Shown: positions 39,701 to 48,835, counted from the first letter of the stretch. The stretch: DNA of 64,000 bases from Bacteroidia bacterium (GCA_036274495.1 DASUFP010000041.1:627-64626), one strand, 5' to 3'. Notes: generated from the sequence alone by a model not told the origin. Numbers and translations: made by a program.

Positions 39701-40242
39701 GTGAGCTCACCGGCAGTCCACAAAAACTGCGTCCGGCTTACGGGGGCGGAAGCACCTAATGGAAATGTAAGAGATGCAGAACCGGCTCCGACTACTGCGG
39801 TTGTTTCATTCAATGTGTTTGTATATGTTATTTGTTGTTGATTGTATTGCGTGTAAGCATACAATGGCTGAATGGTATAATTAAATACCGTATCGGTAAC
39901 ACCGCTGATCAGATAGGAACTTGCAGTGGTCCGCAACGAATCGGTTTGAGAAGAGTCAACAACAAATGTGTAACAATTGTAATCCCACTCGCCACATCCG
40001 AGATTGGTATTGGAAGATGTGCTCACAAGCCCGTCTTTGCAACGCATACTGTACAGCATGATAATTTTTTCGTAATGAATGGCCGTATCAGAAGGAAATA
40101 AAAATTCCCCTGCACGCATGGTGGTATCATAATAAAAAGTCTGCACAACAGTGGTGTCGCCGGGACCGGCAACAACTTTGTTATTTAGACCAACGAGGGC
40201 TACTAAGAATAAAAAACAGGTTGCGTAAAACAGTCTTTTCAT
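36784..40242 (-). CDS. Large (1152 aa) secreted protein with a LamG/concanavalin-A-like lectin domain and a T9SS type A CTD.
   Basis: Signal peptide; LamG-like block (ITIAFWVYGDP...GKFDELSIWNKELSQSAIQ); C-terminal FRVFPNPASDILNTEFS...VVITR Por-secretion tail. Confidence 0.75.
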   Translation of the reverse strand: MKRLFYATCFLFLVALVGLNNKVVAGPGDTTVVQTFYYDTTMRAGEFLFPSDTAIHYEKIIMLYSMRCKDGLVSTSSNTNLGCGEWDYNCYTFVVDSSQTDSLRTTASSYLISGVTDTVFNYTIQPLYAYTQYNQQQITYTNTLNETTAVVGAGSASLTFPLGASAPVSRTQFLWTAGELTSAGFTADSITGIRLDLQSLGSSLNNLRIRFKNTTQTALNGAAPELTGFTETYFLNTTLPGTGVQSFNFHTPFWWDGVSNIIVEFSYSNTAPGTDNTVAGDVTGFTSAITSAGADRYIAFNNNTSILKLNTGFNSTVTNEITIAFWVYGDPANLPAKTSIMEAYDASGKRQVNMHLPWNDSNIYWDCGNDGTGYDRINKLATASEIAGQWNFWTFTKNATTGDMKIYLNGNLWHSGTGKTKPIDIQQFVVGNGIGSGAGYYGKFDELSIWNKELSQSAIQLLMAGDITPSNPDYAFLKLYHQFNEPTGTTAVDASLNGYNGELINPTRYSHNGTTLFRNFAESAIRPNTTFVSGNYVKNILVTQVLDSVAIPAVSVQSFAVDASGHSLQAIDTLFVWPAGYSYIFDENGIVIDSIAAPAQNTVNVTPLTYYNVRPMYMELINFITPYGINLNLDGLNGKTWAFDVTDFAPVLKGMRHLEMRDGINQEDIDIKFVFYEGTPPRDIKSVSEIWPSGSWVSPSYNDILSDKYFEPRDIVLDANASQFKIRSAISGHGQQGEFTPRTHIIKLNNTINFSRSVWKECATNPIYPQGGTWVYDRAGWCPGAAVDLKEFEITPNVTPGQTINLDYSLPVISNPGASNYRINNQLVSYGPPNFTLDAAVDYIKTPSKRVEFERLNPLCNEPVIAIKNTGSTNLTSLTITYGRKGGTMSTYNWSGNLAFLQSIEVALPQPAWLSSSVNEFVAYVSNPNGGTDQYAYNDTLTSAFNTPAQLSNYLVFELKTNNLPAQNSYTLKDAQGGTIITRSSLSANTVYRDTVNLLNDCYIVSLNDAGDDGLTWWANSSQGSGYFRIRNANSGVVEMTFNSDFGDNIYQQFTVGYVLPVPEVNAPIQSFRVFPNPASDILNTEFSMPLNSKLKIRLMNVLGSQILSETVTATQPVEKFELDVSSVESGIYYVIAESGTNREVRKVVITR

Positions 40243-40420
40243 GATAAAATTAATTAAGAGGTGGAGTCGTCAGAAATAACCCGTGGAAGGAAGCTCTGAC
40301 GGGGCATCAAAGGTAGGAAATACTTGCTGATACTGAATGGATAAGATACCGTTAGTAAGGCAACTGACCTCCGGCATACAAAGCATTCAAAAACGGATAA
40401 AGCAGGCAGGCAGCTTCCGG

Positions 40421-41104
40421 CTATACGTTGATTTGTATAAACCTCTCAATATCACGACTTAAACCAAAAACGATAATGGTGTCGGTTTCTTCCAGAACCG
40501 TTTCGGGTCCGGGCACACCCAAAATGTGTGTCTCTTTACCATCGGTATGAGCTGTTTCCCGTTTAATAGTAATAAGGTTCAGGTTGTATTTGCTTCTCAG
40601 ACTGATATCGCCCAGACTTCTGTTGACCATGGTTCTGGGAGTTTTAACTTCTACAATCTGGTAGTCATCGGGTAACGACAACGAGGTGATAATTGTCGGG
40701 TTTAACAGTCGCTCGGCTACCGCAAGTCCAACGTCATTTTCGGGAGACAATATTTCCTGAACTCCTATTTTCTCAAGGATCATAAATTGGCTTTTCCCGT
40801 TTGCGCGCGCCATTATACGCTTGACTTTCAGCTCCATAAGCTGTACTACACAAAGCATAAGGGCTTCAAAATCATCGCCAATGGCCACCACCACAGCATC
40901 CAGATCCTGGACATTTTGCATGCGCAAGGCTTTCATATCGGTGGCATCCATACAAACGGCATAGGCTACATCATCTTTGATGGACTCGATATGCTCCTCA
41001 TCGCTATCAATGGCCAAAACTTCGGCGCCACGTTGAGAGAGGGTGCGGGCAATTGCGTTTCCAAACTGACCAAGGCCAATAACTGCGAATCGTGAAGAGG
41101 GCAT
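40421..41104 (-). CDS. trkA: TrkA/KtrA-family K+ transport NAD-binding regulatory subunit (RCK N and C domains); no adjacent TrkH/KtrB.
   Basis: FAVIGLGQFGNAIARTL (GxGxxG Rossmann) plus a C-terminal TrkA-C domain. Confidence 0.8.
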   Translation of the reverse strand: MPSSRFAVIGLGQFGNAIARTLSQRGAEVLAIDSDEEHIESIKDDVAYAVCMDATDMKALRMQNVQDLDAVVVAIGDDFEALMLCVVQLMELKVKRIMARANGKSQFMILEKIGVQEILSPENDVGLAVAERLLNPTIITSLSLPDDYQIVEVKTPRTMVNRSLGDISLRSKYNLNLITIKRETAHTDGKETHILGVPGPETVLEETDTIIVFGLSRDIERFIQINV

Positions 41105-41489
41105 TTTAGTGCTTTTGAACGGGCCAAAGGTAGCGGATTCGGCCGAATTATAAATTGAATACGATTTTGTTTAGTGAGTTTGACAGCATACGTGACATTC
41201 CCGAATACACATTCGTATAAAAAGTTTAAATTTTTTCTGCAGCGATTCAGGAACGCATTCCGGTGTATTTGCAAAAAATACTTATTTGAAACCCGTCATG
41301 TTATTTAATGCGTCTATTTATTAAAACTTCAACCCATCTGAAAAGTGATACTGATTCTCGCAAAAAAGTCGGGAAATCATGCAGAAATCAATTATGAATT
41401 TCTCAGGGGAGTCAGCACTTTTGATGTGAAACAAAGACTAATCCATACTTCTGTTCGATGTTTATCCACAAGTATTAAAACAAAAAGTC

Positions 41490-42335
41490 ATGCCTGACAT
41501 TGGAATCATATCCATCCCTATACTTTTAATTGTTATCCTGGCAGAAATAATAATAAACTACCGGGAGAGCCTCGAATTATATAACAAGAAAGATGCGTTG
41601 AATAATTTCGCAACCGGACTGCTGGTTATTGGTGCAGGGATGTTTTTTAAAGTTGTTGCATTACTGTTTTTCTCTCTTTTATATAACTACCGTTTAATTG
41701 ATTTAGGAAGCTCCCCTCTTGTTTGGTTATTTGCAATACTTGCATGCGACCTGGTTTTTTATTTATTTCATTACCTGGGCCACATCTGGTGGATTTTTTG
41801 GGCCAACCATTCTGTGCATCACTCTTCCAAATATTATAATTATTCGGTTGGGGTAAGGAATCACTTCATTCATTTGAGTTACCGCTTTTTATTTTGGGCT
41901 CCGTTATGCTGGATCGGATTTAATCCATACATGATTTTGTTCATTGATAATTTCACCAGTTTATATCAGTTTTTACTTCATACGCGCCTTATTGGAAAAT
42001 TGGGGCCGCTTGAATGGTTTATGAATACCCCATCTCATCACCGGGTACACCACGGCTCCAACAAGATATACATTGACAAAAATTTTGGCGGACTCTTTAT
42101 CATTTTCGACAGGATGTTTGGGACATTTTGTTCCGAATCGGAGCCTCCTGTTTATGGAATAACAACCGGTACAAAGGACAATAAGATAACGAGTATCGTA
42201 TTTTCCGAATACAAAAGGATCTGGAATTTTGTACGATTACAGCCCGGGGTATTCAATAAATTTCGGCTGTTGTTTTCAGACCCCGGGAATAAATACAGTG
42301 AAAATCATTTTGACACACAACATTCAAATTCTTAA
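41490..42335 (+). CDS. Fatty acid hydroxylase superfamily (sterol-desaturase-like) integral membrane oxygenase.
   Basis: Histidine boxes HYLGH, HSVHHS and HHRVHHGSN; 4 TM. Confidence 0.8.
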   Translation: MPDIGIISIPILLIVILAEIIINYRESLELYNKKDALNNFATGLLVIGAGMFFKVVALLFFSLLYNYRLIDLGSSPLVWLFAILACDLVFYLFHYLGHIWWIFWANHSVHHSSKYYNYSVGVRNHFIHLSYRFLFWAPLCWIGFNPYMILFIDNFTSLYQFLLHTRLIGKLGPLEWFMNTPSHHRVHHGSNKIYIDKNFGGLFIIFDRMFGTFCSESEPPVYGITTGTKDNKITSIVFSEYKRIWNFVRLQPGVFNKFRLLFSDPGNKYSENHFDTQHSNS

Positions 42336-42340
42336 AAAGC

Positions 42341-43645
42341 ATGAAATACTTGATTATAGGAGCAGGTCCATGCGGATTAATTATGGCCAAGTACATGAAG
42401 GAAGCCGGTATTGAATATGAACACGCCGAAGCTGACTCGAACCTTGGCGGGAACTGGTTTCATGGGGTGTATGATTCGGTTTATACAGATGCCGATAAAA
42501 GCACCATGGAATATCCTGCATTTCAAATGCCGGAATCCTATCCCGATTTTCTATCGGCTAAACAAATGCTGAAATATTATAATGATTTTGCAGATTCATT
42601 TGGCCTACGTTCAATGATTCAATTCAATACCAGTGTTACCTGGATTACTGCCGAAAGTGATAATTCATGGAGTGTTCAATTTAATAATGGCATAACTAAA
42701 ATTTATACCGGCGTAATTATTTGCAATGGTCACCACTGGGACAGAAACATTCCGGAACTGCCGGGGAATTTTGAAGGAACTGTACTTCATTCCAAAGATT
42801 ACAAAAACGGTTCACAACTTACCGGAAAGAAAGTACTTGTAGTTGGCAGCAGAAATTCAGCTGTCGATATTGCATGTGAAGCCGCCCGTTACGGGGCAAA
42901 AGCGGTGCTTAGCATGCGGGAGAGCCCCTGGATTATTCCAAAGGCTTTTTTTGGCAAACCTCTCAGTAAACTGGGAGGCGGTATGCCTGATTTACTGAAA
43001 CCCTATCTGATAAAACTGCTGGTACGTTTATCGTTCGGTGCATACTCCGATTACAAGATGGCAAAGCCACAACACAGGCCGCTTCAGAAATTACCAACCA
43101 TGAGTGAGGAATTCCCTTACTACCTGCGACATGGACGTGTAAAAGTTAAGCCGGGAATCAGCGATTGCGCCGGGAACACCATACGGTTTTCGGACAAATC
43201 GGAAGAGGAATTTGATTTGGTAGTAATGGCCACCGGATACAAACTGAGCTTCCCTTTTTTGCCCGAAGAACTGAGCAGAACAAGAGGACAGAATTTACTT
43301 TGTTACGGATATTCGGTATATTCTGATTACAAAGGCTTGTTTTTCTTTGGATGGCCACAGGTTATAGGTGGCATCGGACAGCTGTCGGAAATGATGGCTG
43401 CGGCGCTGGTTGATTTAATAAAATTGGAACATGAAACGGATTTGCCTTCGGGATTAATATTAATGACAAAGGGAAATGAACTCAGCAAAAATAATCGTCC
43501 CACCGGAAAGGAGATTTCCAAATGGATAAGGAAAAATTCTTACAGTAAATTAATACGGGTTGCCCGCAAGGACTTACGCAACAAGGTTCATACTAATTTA
43601 CCCACCCGGGAAATGTATGAGAGAAAACCGGTTGCTTATTATTAA
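42341..43645 (+). CDS. Flavin-containing monooxygenase-like NAD(P)/FAD-dependent oxidoreductase (COG2072 family).
   Basis: IIGAGPCGL (FAD GxGxxG), GNWF..., second dinucleotide site VLVVGSRNSAVDIA, ATGY motif; 5 nt after the hydroxylase gene. Confidence 0.8.
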   Translation: MKYLIIGAGPCGLIMAKYMKEAGIEYEHAEADSNLGGNWFHGVYDSVYTDADKSTMEYPAFQMPESYPDFLSAKQMLKYYNDFADSFGLRSMIQFNTSVTWITAESDNSWSVQFNNGITKIYTGVIICNGHHWDRNIPELPGNFEGTVLHSKDYKNGSQLTGKKVLVVGSRNSAVDIACEAARYGAKAVLSMRESPWIIPKAFFGKPLSKLGGGMPDLLKPYLIKLLVRLSFGAYSDYKMAKPQHRPLQKLPTMSEEFPYYLRHGRVKVKPGISDCAGNTIRFSDKSEEEFDLVVMATGYKLSFPFLPEELSRTRGQNLLCYGYSVYSDYKGLFFFGWPQVIGGIGQLSEMMAAALVDLIKLEHETDLPSGLILMTKGNELSKNNRPTGKEISKWIRKNSYSKLIRVARKDLRNKVHTNLPTREMYERKPVAYY

Positions 43646-43664
43646 TAATAACTAATCATTTTGA

Positions 43665-44423
43665 TTAAACGCTCCCTGAGGATTCCAGATTTACCCACAA
43701 GTCACTCAAAAATTCCAGAAACCGTAAAACAATAATCAGGTTCAATATCAAATAAACAATAACTCTGAGCCACAAATAGCGGATTCCTTTAGTTGAAAAT
43801 AAATCGATCAGCGTCCACAAACTATATGCGAGAGAAATAATAATCTGAAACAAATAAAATCCCCAGTGCAGTACATTTAGTGAAAATAAACCGCCTCCAA
43901 TCAGATAACATAAAACGTAGAACAAGTACACTTCGGAAAATGCATACATAGTAACTACTATTGATTCGATATAAGTATACAGGGGCCGGCCAAGCATAAA
44001 ATAAAATATTGCCGCGCTTACAGGAAACGTGAGGAGATAAAGCCATTCGCCATGTGTGATAAACAGCTTGATACTCTCAGGGTGTTTAAAGGTCAGTCCT
44101 TCCATAAATACGGGATGAAATCCGGAATGAGCTAAGATCATCCTGTGAACCAGAATGGTAATGGTTACCCAAACCAGGAAGAAGGAAACCGGTGACTGGT
44201 ATTTTTTTCGTTTGCCGGAAAGGTATTCGTCGAGCACTTTTCCGGGACGTATCAGCAGTTGCCAGGAGGTGCCGAAAATACTTTTCTCTGCGTGTGTTAA
44301 TGTTTTAAACCCCTCCGACAAAAAGGATTTCCAGGTTATTCTTCCTGTTTTTGCAGCCTGGGCACATTGGGGGCAATAATTGCCCTCGACCAAATGTCCG
44401 CAGTTTAAACAATGAATAAGCAT
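43665..44423 (-). CDS. DUF3667-like membrane protein with an N-terminal zinc ribbon.
   Basis: CLNCGHLVEGNYCPQCAQ (CxxC...CxxC) followed by 5-6 TM helices. Confidence 0.55.
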   Translation of the reverse strand: MLIHCLNCGHLVEGNYCPQCAQAAKTGRITWKSFLSEGFKTLTHAEKSIFGTSWQLLIRPGKVLDEYLSGKRKKYQSPVSFFLVWVTITILVHRMILAHSGFHPVFMEGLTFKHPESIKLFITHGEWLYLLTFPVSAAIFYFMLGRPLYTYIESIVVTMYAFSEVYLFYVLCYLIGGGLFSLNVLHWGFYLFQIIISLAYSLWTLIDLFSTKGIRYLWLRVIVYLILNLIIVLRFLEFLSDLWVNLESSGSV

Positions 44424-44560
44424 ATTTATGATTCAAAATACCGGCCCAAAAGCTACGATCTGATAGTTGAATAATGAACTAAATTAAAAGAATTCTTCAG
44501 ACAGAAAAAATGATTTTTCCTAAAAAGTGAATACTTGCTCCAATTTAAAATTGATATTAT

Positions 44561-44770
44561 TTACTTTGAGGCTTGCGGTTTTCGCAACAACAGAAAAGCA
44601 TTGGTGGCCAGCAACAGCATAAGTGCGAGATAAGAGGCCTTTTCAACCGGTGTTCCCTGAAAGTTTTCGTTAATCCCGTTGTAAAGAATCCACAATACAA
44701 ACAGAATATTCATGATTACAGCACCTGCACTCAGCAGACCCATAAAGCCGGAAGTTGCTTTTTGATTCAT
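44561..44770 (-). CDS. Small two-TM membrane protein (69 aa), hypothetical.
   Basis: MNQKATSGFMGLLSAGAVIMNILFVLWILY...LALMLLLATNAFLLLRK. Confidence 0.3.
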   Translation of the reverse strand: MNQKATSGFMGLLSAGAVIMNILFVLWILYNGINENFQGTPVEKASYLALMLLLATNAFLLLRKPQASK

Positions 44771-44931
44771 GGTTGAAATGATATAGTTGTTATTTTAATC
44801 CAATGTGAATATACAACCCCCTGTTCAATTTACAAAAACCGGGAACCGAATTGACAAACCATTTTATAGTTTGCTTTTATAAACTAATTAACTGTTTAAA
44901 CGCGACTCTCGGCATTTCGGTCTCCGGGTAT

Positions 44932-44960
44932 AAAAAAAATCCCGGATGAAGTTCCGGGAT
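44932..44960 (-). terminator. Intrinsic terminator for the PLP transsulfuration gene.
   Basis: ATCCCGGA-TGAAGT-TCCGGGAT perfect 8-bp stem followed on the minus strand by TTTTTTTT. Confidence 0.65.
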
Positions 44961-44987
44961 ATGTTGCTGTTGAGCTATTGGGGTTAT

Positions 44988-46127
44988 TTATCCCAGCGCC
45001 TGTTTAAGGTCGTCAATCAGATCTTCTATATCTTCAATGCCGACACTCAGACGAATGAGTGAATCTGTTACACCTGATTTGAGCCGTTCTTCCTTTGGAA
45101 TAGAGGCATGTGTCATGGTTGCCGGATGTCCGAGCAGTGATTCCACACCCCCTAATGATTCGGCAAGCGAAAATATTTTTACAGAGGAGGCCATTCTGAA
45201 TGCCTCATCAATATTGTCGCCTTTCATTGTAAATGAGATCATCCCTCCAAAGTCGCGCATCTGTTCCTTTGCTATCATGTGGTTTGGATGGTCTTCGAAT
45301 CCGGGCCAGTACACTTTATCAATTTTGGGATGGTTGCGTAAAAAGTGAGCGATTGCCTTTCCATTACTGCAATGGCGTTCCATCCGTACCTGCAATGTTT
45401 TCAATCCCCTTAAAACCAAAAAGCTATCCATTGGTCCGGGAGTAGCGCCACACGAATTATGAATAAACGCCAGCTTTTCATAAAGCTGATCGTCGTTCAA
45501 GCATAAAGCCCCCATAACCACATCGCTGTGACCACCGAGATATTTTGTTACCGAATGCAAAACAATATGTGCACCCAAGGCCAGTGGATTTTGAAGATAG
45601 GGAGACGCGAATGTGTTATCGACCACCAAAGTAATGCCGGCTTCCTCTGCTATTTTACCGCAGGCTTCGATGTCGATAATTTGCATCATCGGGTTAGTAG
45701 GCGTTTCAACCCAAATTAATTTTGTGTTTTCATTCAGGTAGTTTTTAATATTGGAAGCGTCATACAAATCAACAAAATGAAATTTGATGTTGTATTGAGC
45801 GAAAACTTTAGTGAACATCCGGTAGGTTCCGCCGTACAAATCACGTGTGGCAATTACTTCACTCCCGGGTTTCAGCAGTTTTATAATTGCATCCGATGCC
45901 CCCATTCCACTTGAAAAACACAATCCGTGTTTTGCATTTTCGAGCGCGGCTAAACATTTTTCGAGTGCCGACCGGGTTGGGTTTTTCCCACGTGCATAAG
46001 AATACCCTTTTGTTTTACCCGGAGATTCCTGAACATAGGTTGAAGTTTGGTAAATGGGTGTCATAATAGCACCTGTTACCGGATCAGGTTCTTGTCCGGC
46101 ATGAATAGCCTTGGTTGCAAATTTCAT
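44988..46127 (-). CDS. PLP-dependent Cys/Met-metabolism enzyme (cystathionine gamma-synthase/beta-lyase/methionine gamma-lyase family).
   Basis: MKFATKAIHAGQEPDPVTGA...SVTKYLGGHSDVVMG (PLP-Lys motif); 379 aa. Confidence 0.85.
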   Translation of the reverse strand: MKFATKAIHAGQEPDPVTGAIMTPIYQTSTYVQESPGKTKGYSYARGKNPTRSALEKCLAALENAKHGLCFSSGMGASDAIIKLLKPGSEVIATRDLYGGTYRMFTKVFAQYNIKFHFVDLYDASNIKNYLNENTKLIWVETPTNPMMQIIDIEACGKIAEEAGITLVVDNTFASPYLQNPLALGAHIVLHSVTKYLGGHSDVVMGALCLNDDQLYEKLAFIHNSCGATPGPMDSFLVLRGLKTLQVRMERHCSNGKAIAHFLRNHPKIDKVYWPGFEDHPNHMIAKEQMRDFGGMISFTMKGDNIDEAFRMASSVKIFSLAESLGGVESLLGHPATMTHASIPKEERLKSGVTDSLIRLSVGIEDIEDLIDDLKQALG

Positions 46128-46343
46128 CTCTTAATTTTTTGTGGGCTCAAAGGTACGCAGTTTCAGTTGCCCTCAATTCCCTGTTCTAAAAAGTCCGGCC
46201 ATTTTATGTGGAGCGAATCACCGGTAACAAAATGAGAATACTATATTTAAGGTGTTGCACACTAAACCTTTTGAGAGAAGAGTTTGTTATCCAATTTACG
46301 CCTTTTCATAGCCATTCCTTTAGGCTGAACGGCCCAAAATCTG

Positions 46344-46351
46344 TAACTTTG
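46344..46351 (+). promoter_or_regulatory. Bacteroidetes -7 motif (TAACTTTG) for dxs.
   Basis: Match to TAnnTTTG 20 nt upstream of the dxs ATG. Confidence 0.45.
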
Positions 46352-46370
46352 TAACATTCCCTTACCGGCA

Positions 46371-48290
46371 ATGGAAGTCAAACCAGGAAAACTACTCAGG
46401 AGCATTGATGTGCCTGCTGATCTGCGTAAGCTTAAAGAAGCTAAATTGAAGCAGGTTTGCGATGAGTTACGGCAGTATATTATTGATATTGTATCGGTTA
46501 ACGGCGGGCATTTTGGTGCCAGCTTAGGGGTTGTTGAACTTACCGTTGCGCTTCATTATGTTTTTAATACTCCCGATGATCAACTGGTTTGGGATGTGGG
46601 CCACCAGGCATATGGCCACAAAATACTTACAGATCGCCGCAAAGTATTCCATACGAACCGGATTTATAAAGGAATTTCCGGATTCCCTAAAAGGTCTGAA
46701 AGTGAGTATGATACGTTTGGCGTTGGCCATTCTTCCACCTCCATTTCGGCTGCTCTCGGCATGGCCGTAGGTTCGCGGCTGCAGGGAAACACTACCCGGC
46801 AGCATGTAGCAGTTATTGGTGACGGCGCTCTAACGGCGGGAATGGCCTTTGAGGGGCTGAACCACGGGGGTGTCGAAAACTCCAATTTGCTGGTAATTCT
46901 GAACGACAATTGCATGAGCATTGACCCCAATGTTGGGGCGCTCAAAGAATATCTTGCCGACGTTACGGCTTCCCATACTTACAATAAGGTTAAGGACGAG
47001 ATCTGGAATATACTTGGTAAAATAAGCAAGTTTGGTCCCAACGCTCAGGCCATTGCACAAAAGGTTGAAAACGCCGTCAAGTCGGCACTCTTACGCCAAA
47101 GCAATTTATTTGAGGCGCTCCGCTTCCGTTACTTCGGACCCATTGACGGACATGATGTGAAGCACCTCGTAAAAATAATGAAGGACTTAAAAGATATTCC
47201 GGGTCCTAAAATTTTACATTGTGTAACCGTTAAGGGAAAGGGTTTTGAATTAGCAGAGAAAGATCAGACTAAGTGGCATGCACCCGGTTTGTTTGACAAA
47301 ATTACAGGTGAAATTTTTAAGCCTGTCAAAAATGGACCGCAGCCTCCGAAGTATCAGGATGTATTCGGACATACCATTGTAGAGTTAGCAGAAAAAAATA
47401 AAAAAATTGTTGGTGTTACGCCGGCAATGCCGTCAGGATGTTCGCTCAACATTATGATGAAGGTTATGCCCGACCGTGCGTTTGATGTTGGAATTGCAGA
47501 ACAGCATGCGGTAACTTTTTCGGCCGGTATGGCAACAAGCGGATTGATTCCGTTTTGCAATATCTATTCTTCGTTTATGCAGAGGGCGTATGATCAGGTA
47601 GTACATGATGTGGCACTCCAGAATCTGCATGTAATTTTTTGTCTCGACCGGGGTGGTTTAGCCGGAGCGGACGGACCAACGCACCATGGTGTTTTTGATT
47701 ATGCTTACTTCAGGTGCATCCCGAATATGGTAGTATCGGCACCCATGAATGAGGAAGAATTACGCAACCTCATGTACAGTGCAACGCTTCATAAAGGACC
47801 CTACGCCATTCGCTACCCAAGAGGTAACGGTGTTATGCCTGAATGGAGAACGCCTCTCAAAAAGATAGAAACCGGAAAAGGAAGAATGGTTCGGGAGGGA
47901 GAAGAAGTTGCAATTCTCACCATAGGTCATCCCGGAAACTTTGCTGTTGAAGCTTGCAGCCGTCTCGATAACGAAGGCTTTCATCCCGCACATTACGACT
48001 TGCGTTTTGTGAAACCGCTTGACGCCGAATTACTGCATGATATTTTTTCAAGGTTTAAAAAAATAATAACTGTTGAGGATCACGCCATCCAGGGAGGCTT
48101 TGGTAGTGCTGTCGCCGAATTCATGATTGATCACGGCTATCAGGCCGCCATTACACGGCTGGGAGTTCCCGACCGGTTTATTGAGCATGGTGAACAACCG
48201 GAGCTTTGGGCCGAGTGCCGGTTCGACGCCGCGGCTATTGCCGATGCCGTAAGGAAAATGGCTGGGGCAGAAGTGTTTGCAATGTCTTGA
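46371..48290 (+). CDS. dxs: 1-deoxy-D-xylulose-5-phosphate synthase.
   Basis: GHFGASLGVVELTVALHYVFNTPDDQLVWDVGHQAYGHKILT, GDG..., TPP-binding and transketolase-like C-terminal domains; 639 aa. Confidence 0.95.
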   Translation: MEVKPGKLLRSIDVPADLRKLKEAKLKQVCDELRQYIIDIVSVNGGHFGASLGVVELTVALHYVFNTPDDQLVWDVGHQAYGHKILTDRRKVFHTNRIYKGISGFPKRSESEYDTFGVGHSSTSISAALGMAVGSRLQGNTTRQHVAVIGDGALTAGMAFEGLNHGGVENSNLLVILNDNCMSIDPNVGALKEYLADVTASHTYNKVKDEIWNILGKISKFGPNAQAIAQKVENAVKSALLRQSNLFEALRFRYFGPIDGHDVKHLVKIMKDLKDIPGPKILHCVTVKGKGFELAEKDQTKWHAPGLFDKITGEIFKPVKNGPQPPKYQDVFGHTIVELAEKNKKIVGVTPAMPSGCSLNIMMKVMPDRAFDVGIAEQHAVTFSAGMATSGLIPFCNIYSSFMQRAYDQVVHDVALQNLHVIFCLDRGGLAGADGPTHHGVFDYAYFRCIPNMVVSAPMNEEELRNLMYSATLHKGPYAIRYPRGNGVMPEWRTPLKKIETGKGRMVREGEEVAILTIGHPGNFAVEACSRLDNEGFHPAHYDLRFVKPLDAELLHDIFSRFKKIITVEDHAIQGGFGSAVAEFMIDHGYQAAITRLGVPDRFIEHGEQPELWAECRFDAAAIADAVRKMAGAEVFAMS

Positions 48291-48388
48291 TTTACAATAT
48301 TATAGTAAAACTTGACTATTTCATTTCTCTTTCGTATCTTTAATTTCCTAAATTTGTAGGTATTGTATCTATTTATACTTCAGCTGTT

Positions 48389-48835
48389 ATGAAAACAATT
48401 AAATTACTAATTCTCGCCTTTGGCGTATTTGCAGCTTCAAATTTGCTGGCACAAAACAGTTCTAAACTATCCGGCAAAGAGTTCAAGGTTTTCATCAATA
48501 AATCCGATATGCCCAGTCCTGAAACGCAGGTAGAGGACATCATCACTTTTACGGGTAGCAAAGCTTCCTCTCAAACATGTGCTTCACGTGGTATGAAGGC
48601 AGCGCGGTTTACTGAAAAACTGGAAGGAACGCAAACCAAGTTTCAGATGACCTTAACGCAATCAAACGGAGAAACATGGGCTTTCGATGGTTTCATGGAA
48701 GACAATCATATGGGCGGAACAATTACTGTTACCCGTACTGGTCAGGCACCTGAGACTTTAATTTTCAGAGGCATGACAACCCAATTATGGGATGCATTGC
48801 AAATGCGTCGTGAATCAGAGCGTACCAGCCAATAA
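48389..48835 (+). CDS. Secreted hypothetical protein (148 aa).
   Basis: Signal peptide MKTIKLLILAFGVFAASNLLAQ; own terminator downstream. Confidence 0.5.
   Translation: MKTIKLLILAFGVFAASNLLAQNSSKLSGKEFKVFINKSDMPSPETQVEDIITFTGSKASSQTCASRGMKAARFTEKLEGTQTKFQMTLTQSNGETWAFDGFMEDNHMGGTITVTRTGQAPETLIFRGMTTQLWDALQMRRESERTSQ

Noticed and set aside
46128-46370. Calling a SAM riboswitch as a feature
   Set aside because: The SAM-I core (GGAGGGA...GCCCGATGAAACCC) is absent, and I cannot reliably recall the SAM-II consensus to match it. It is kept only as a low-interest finding.
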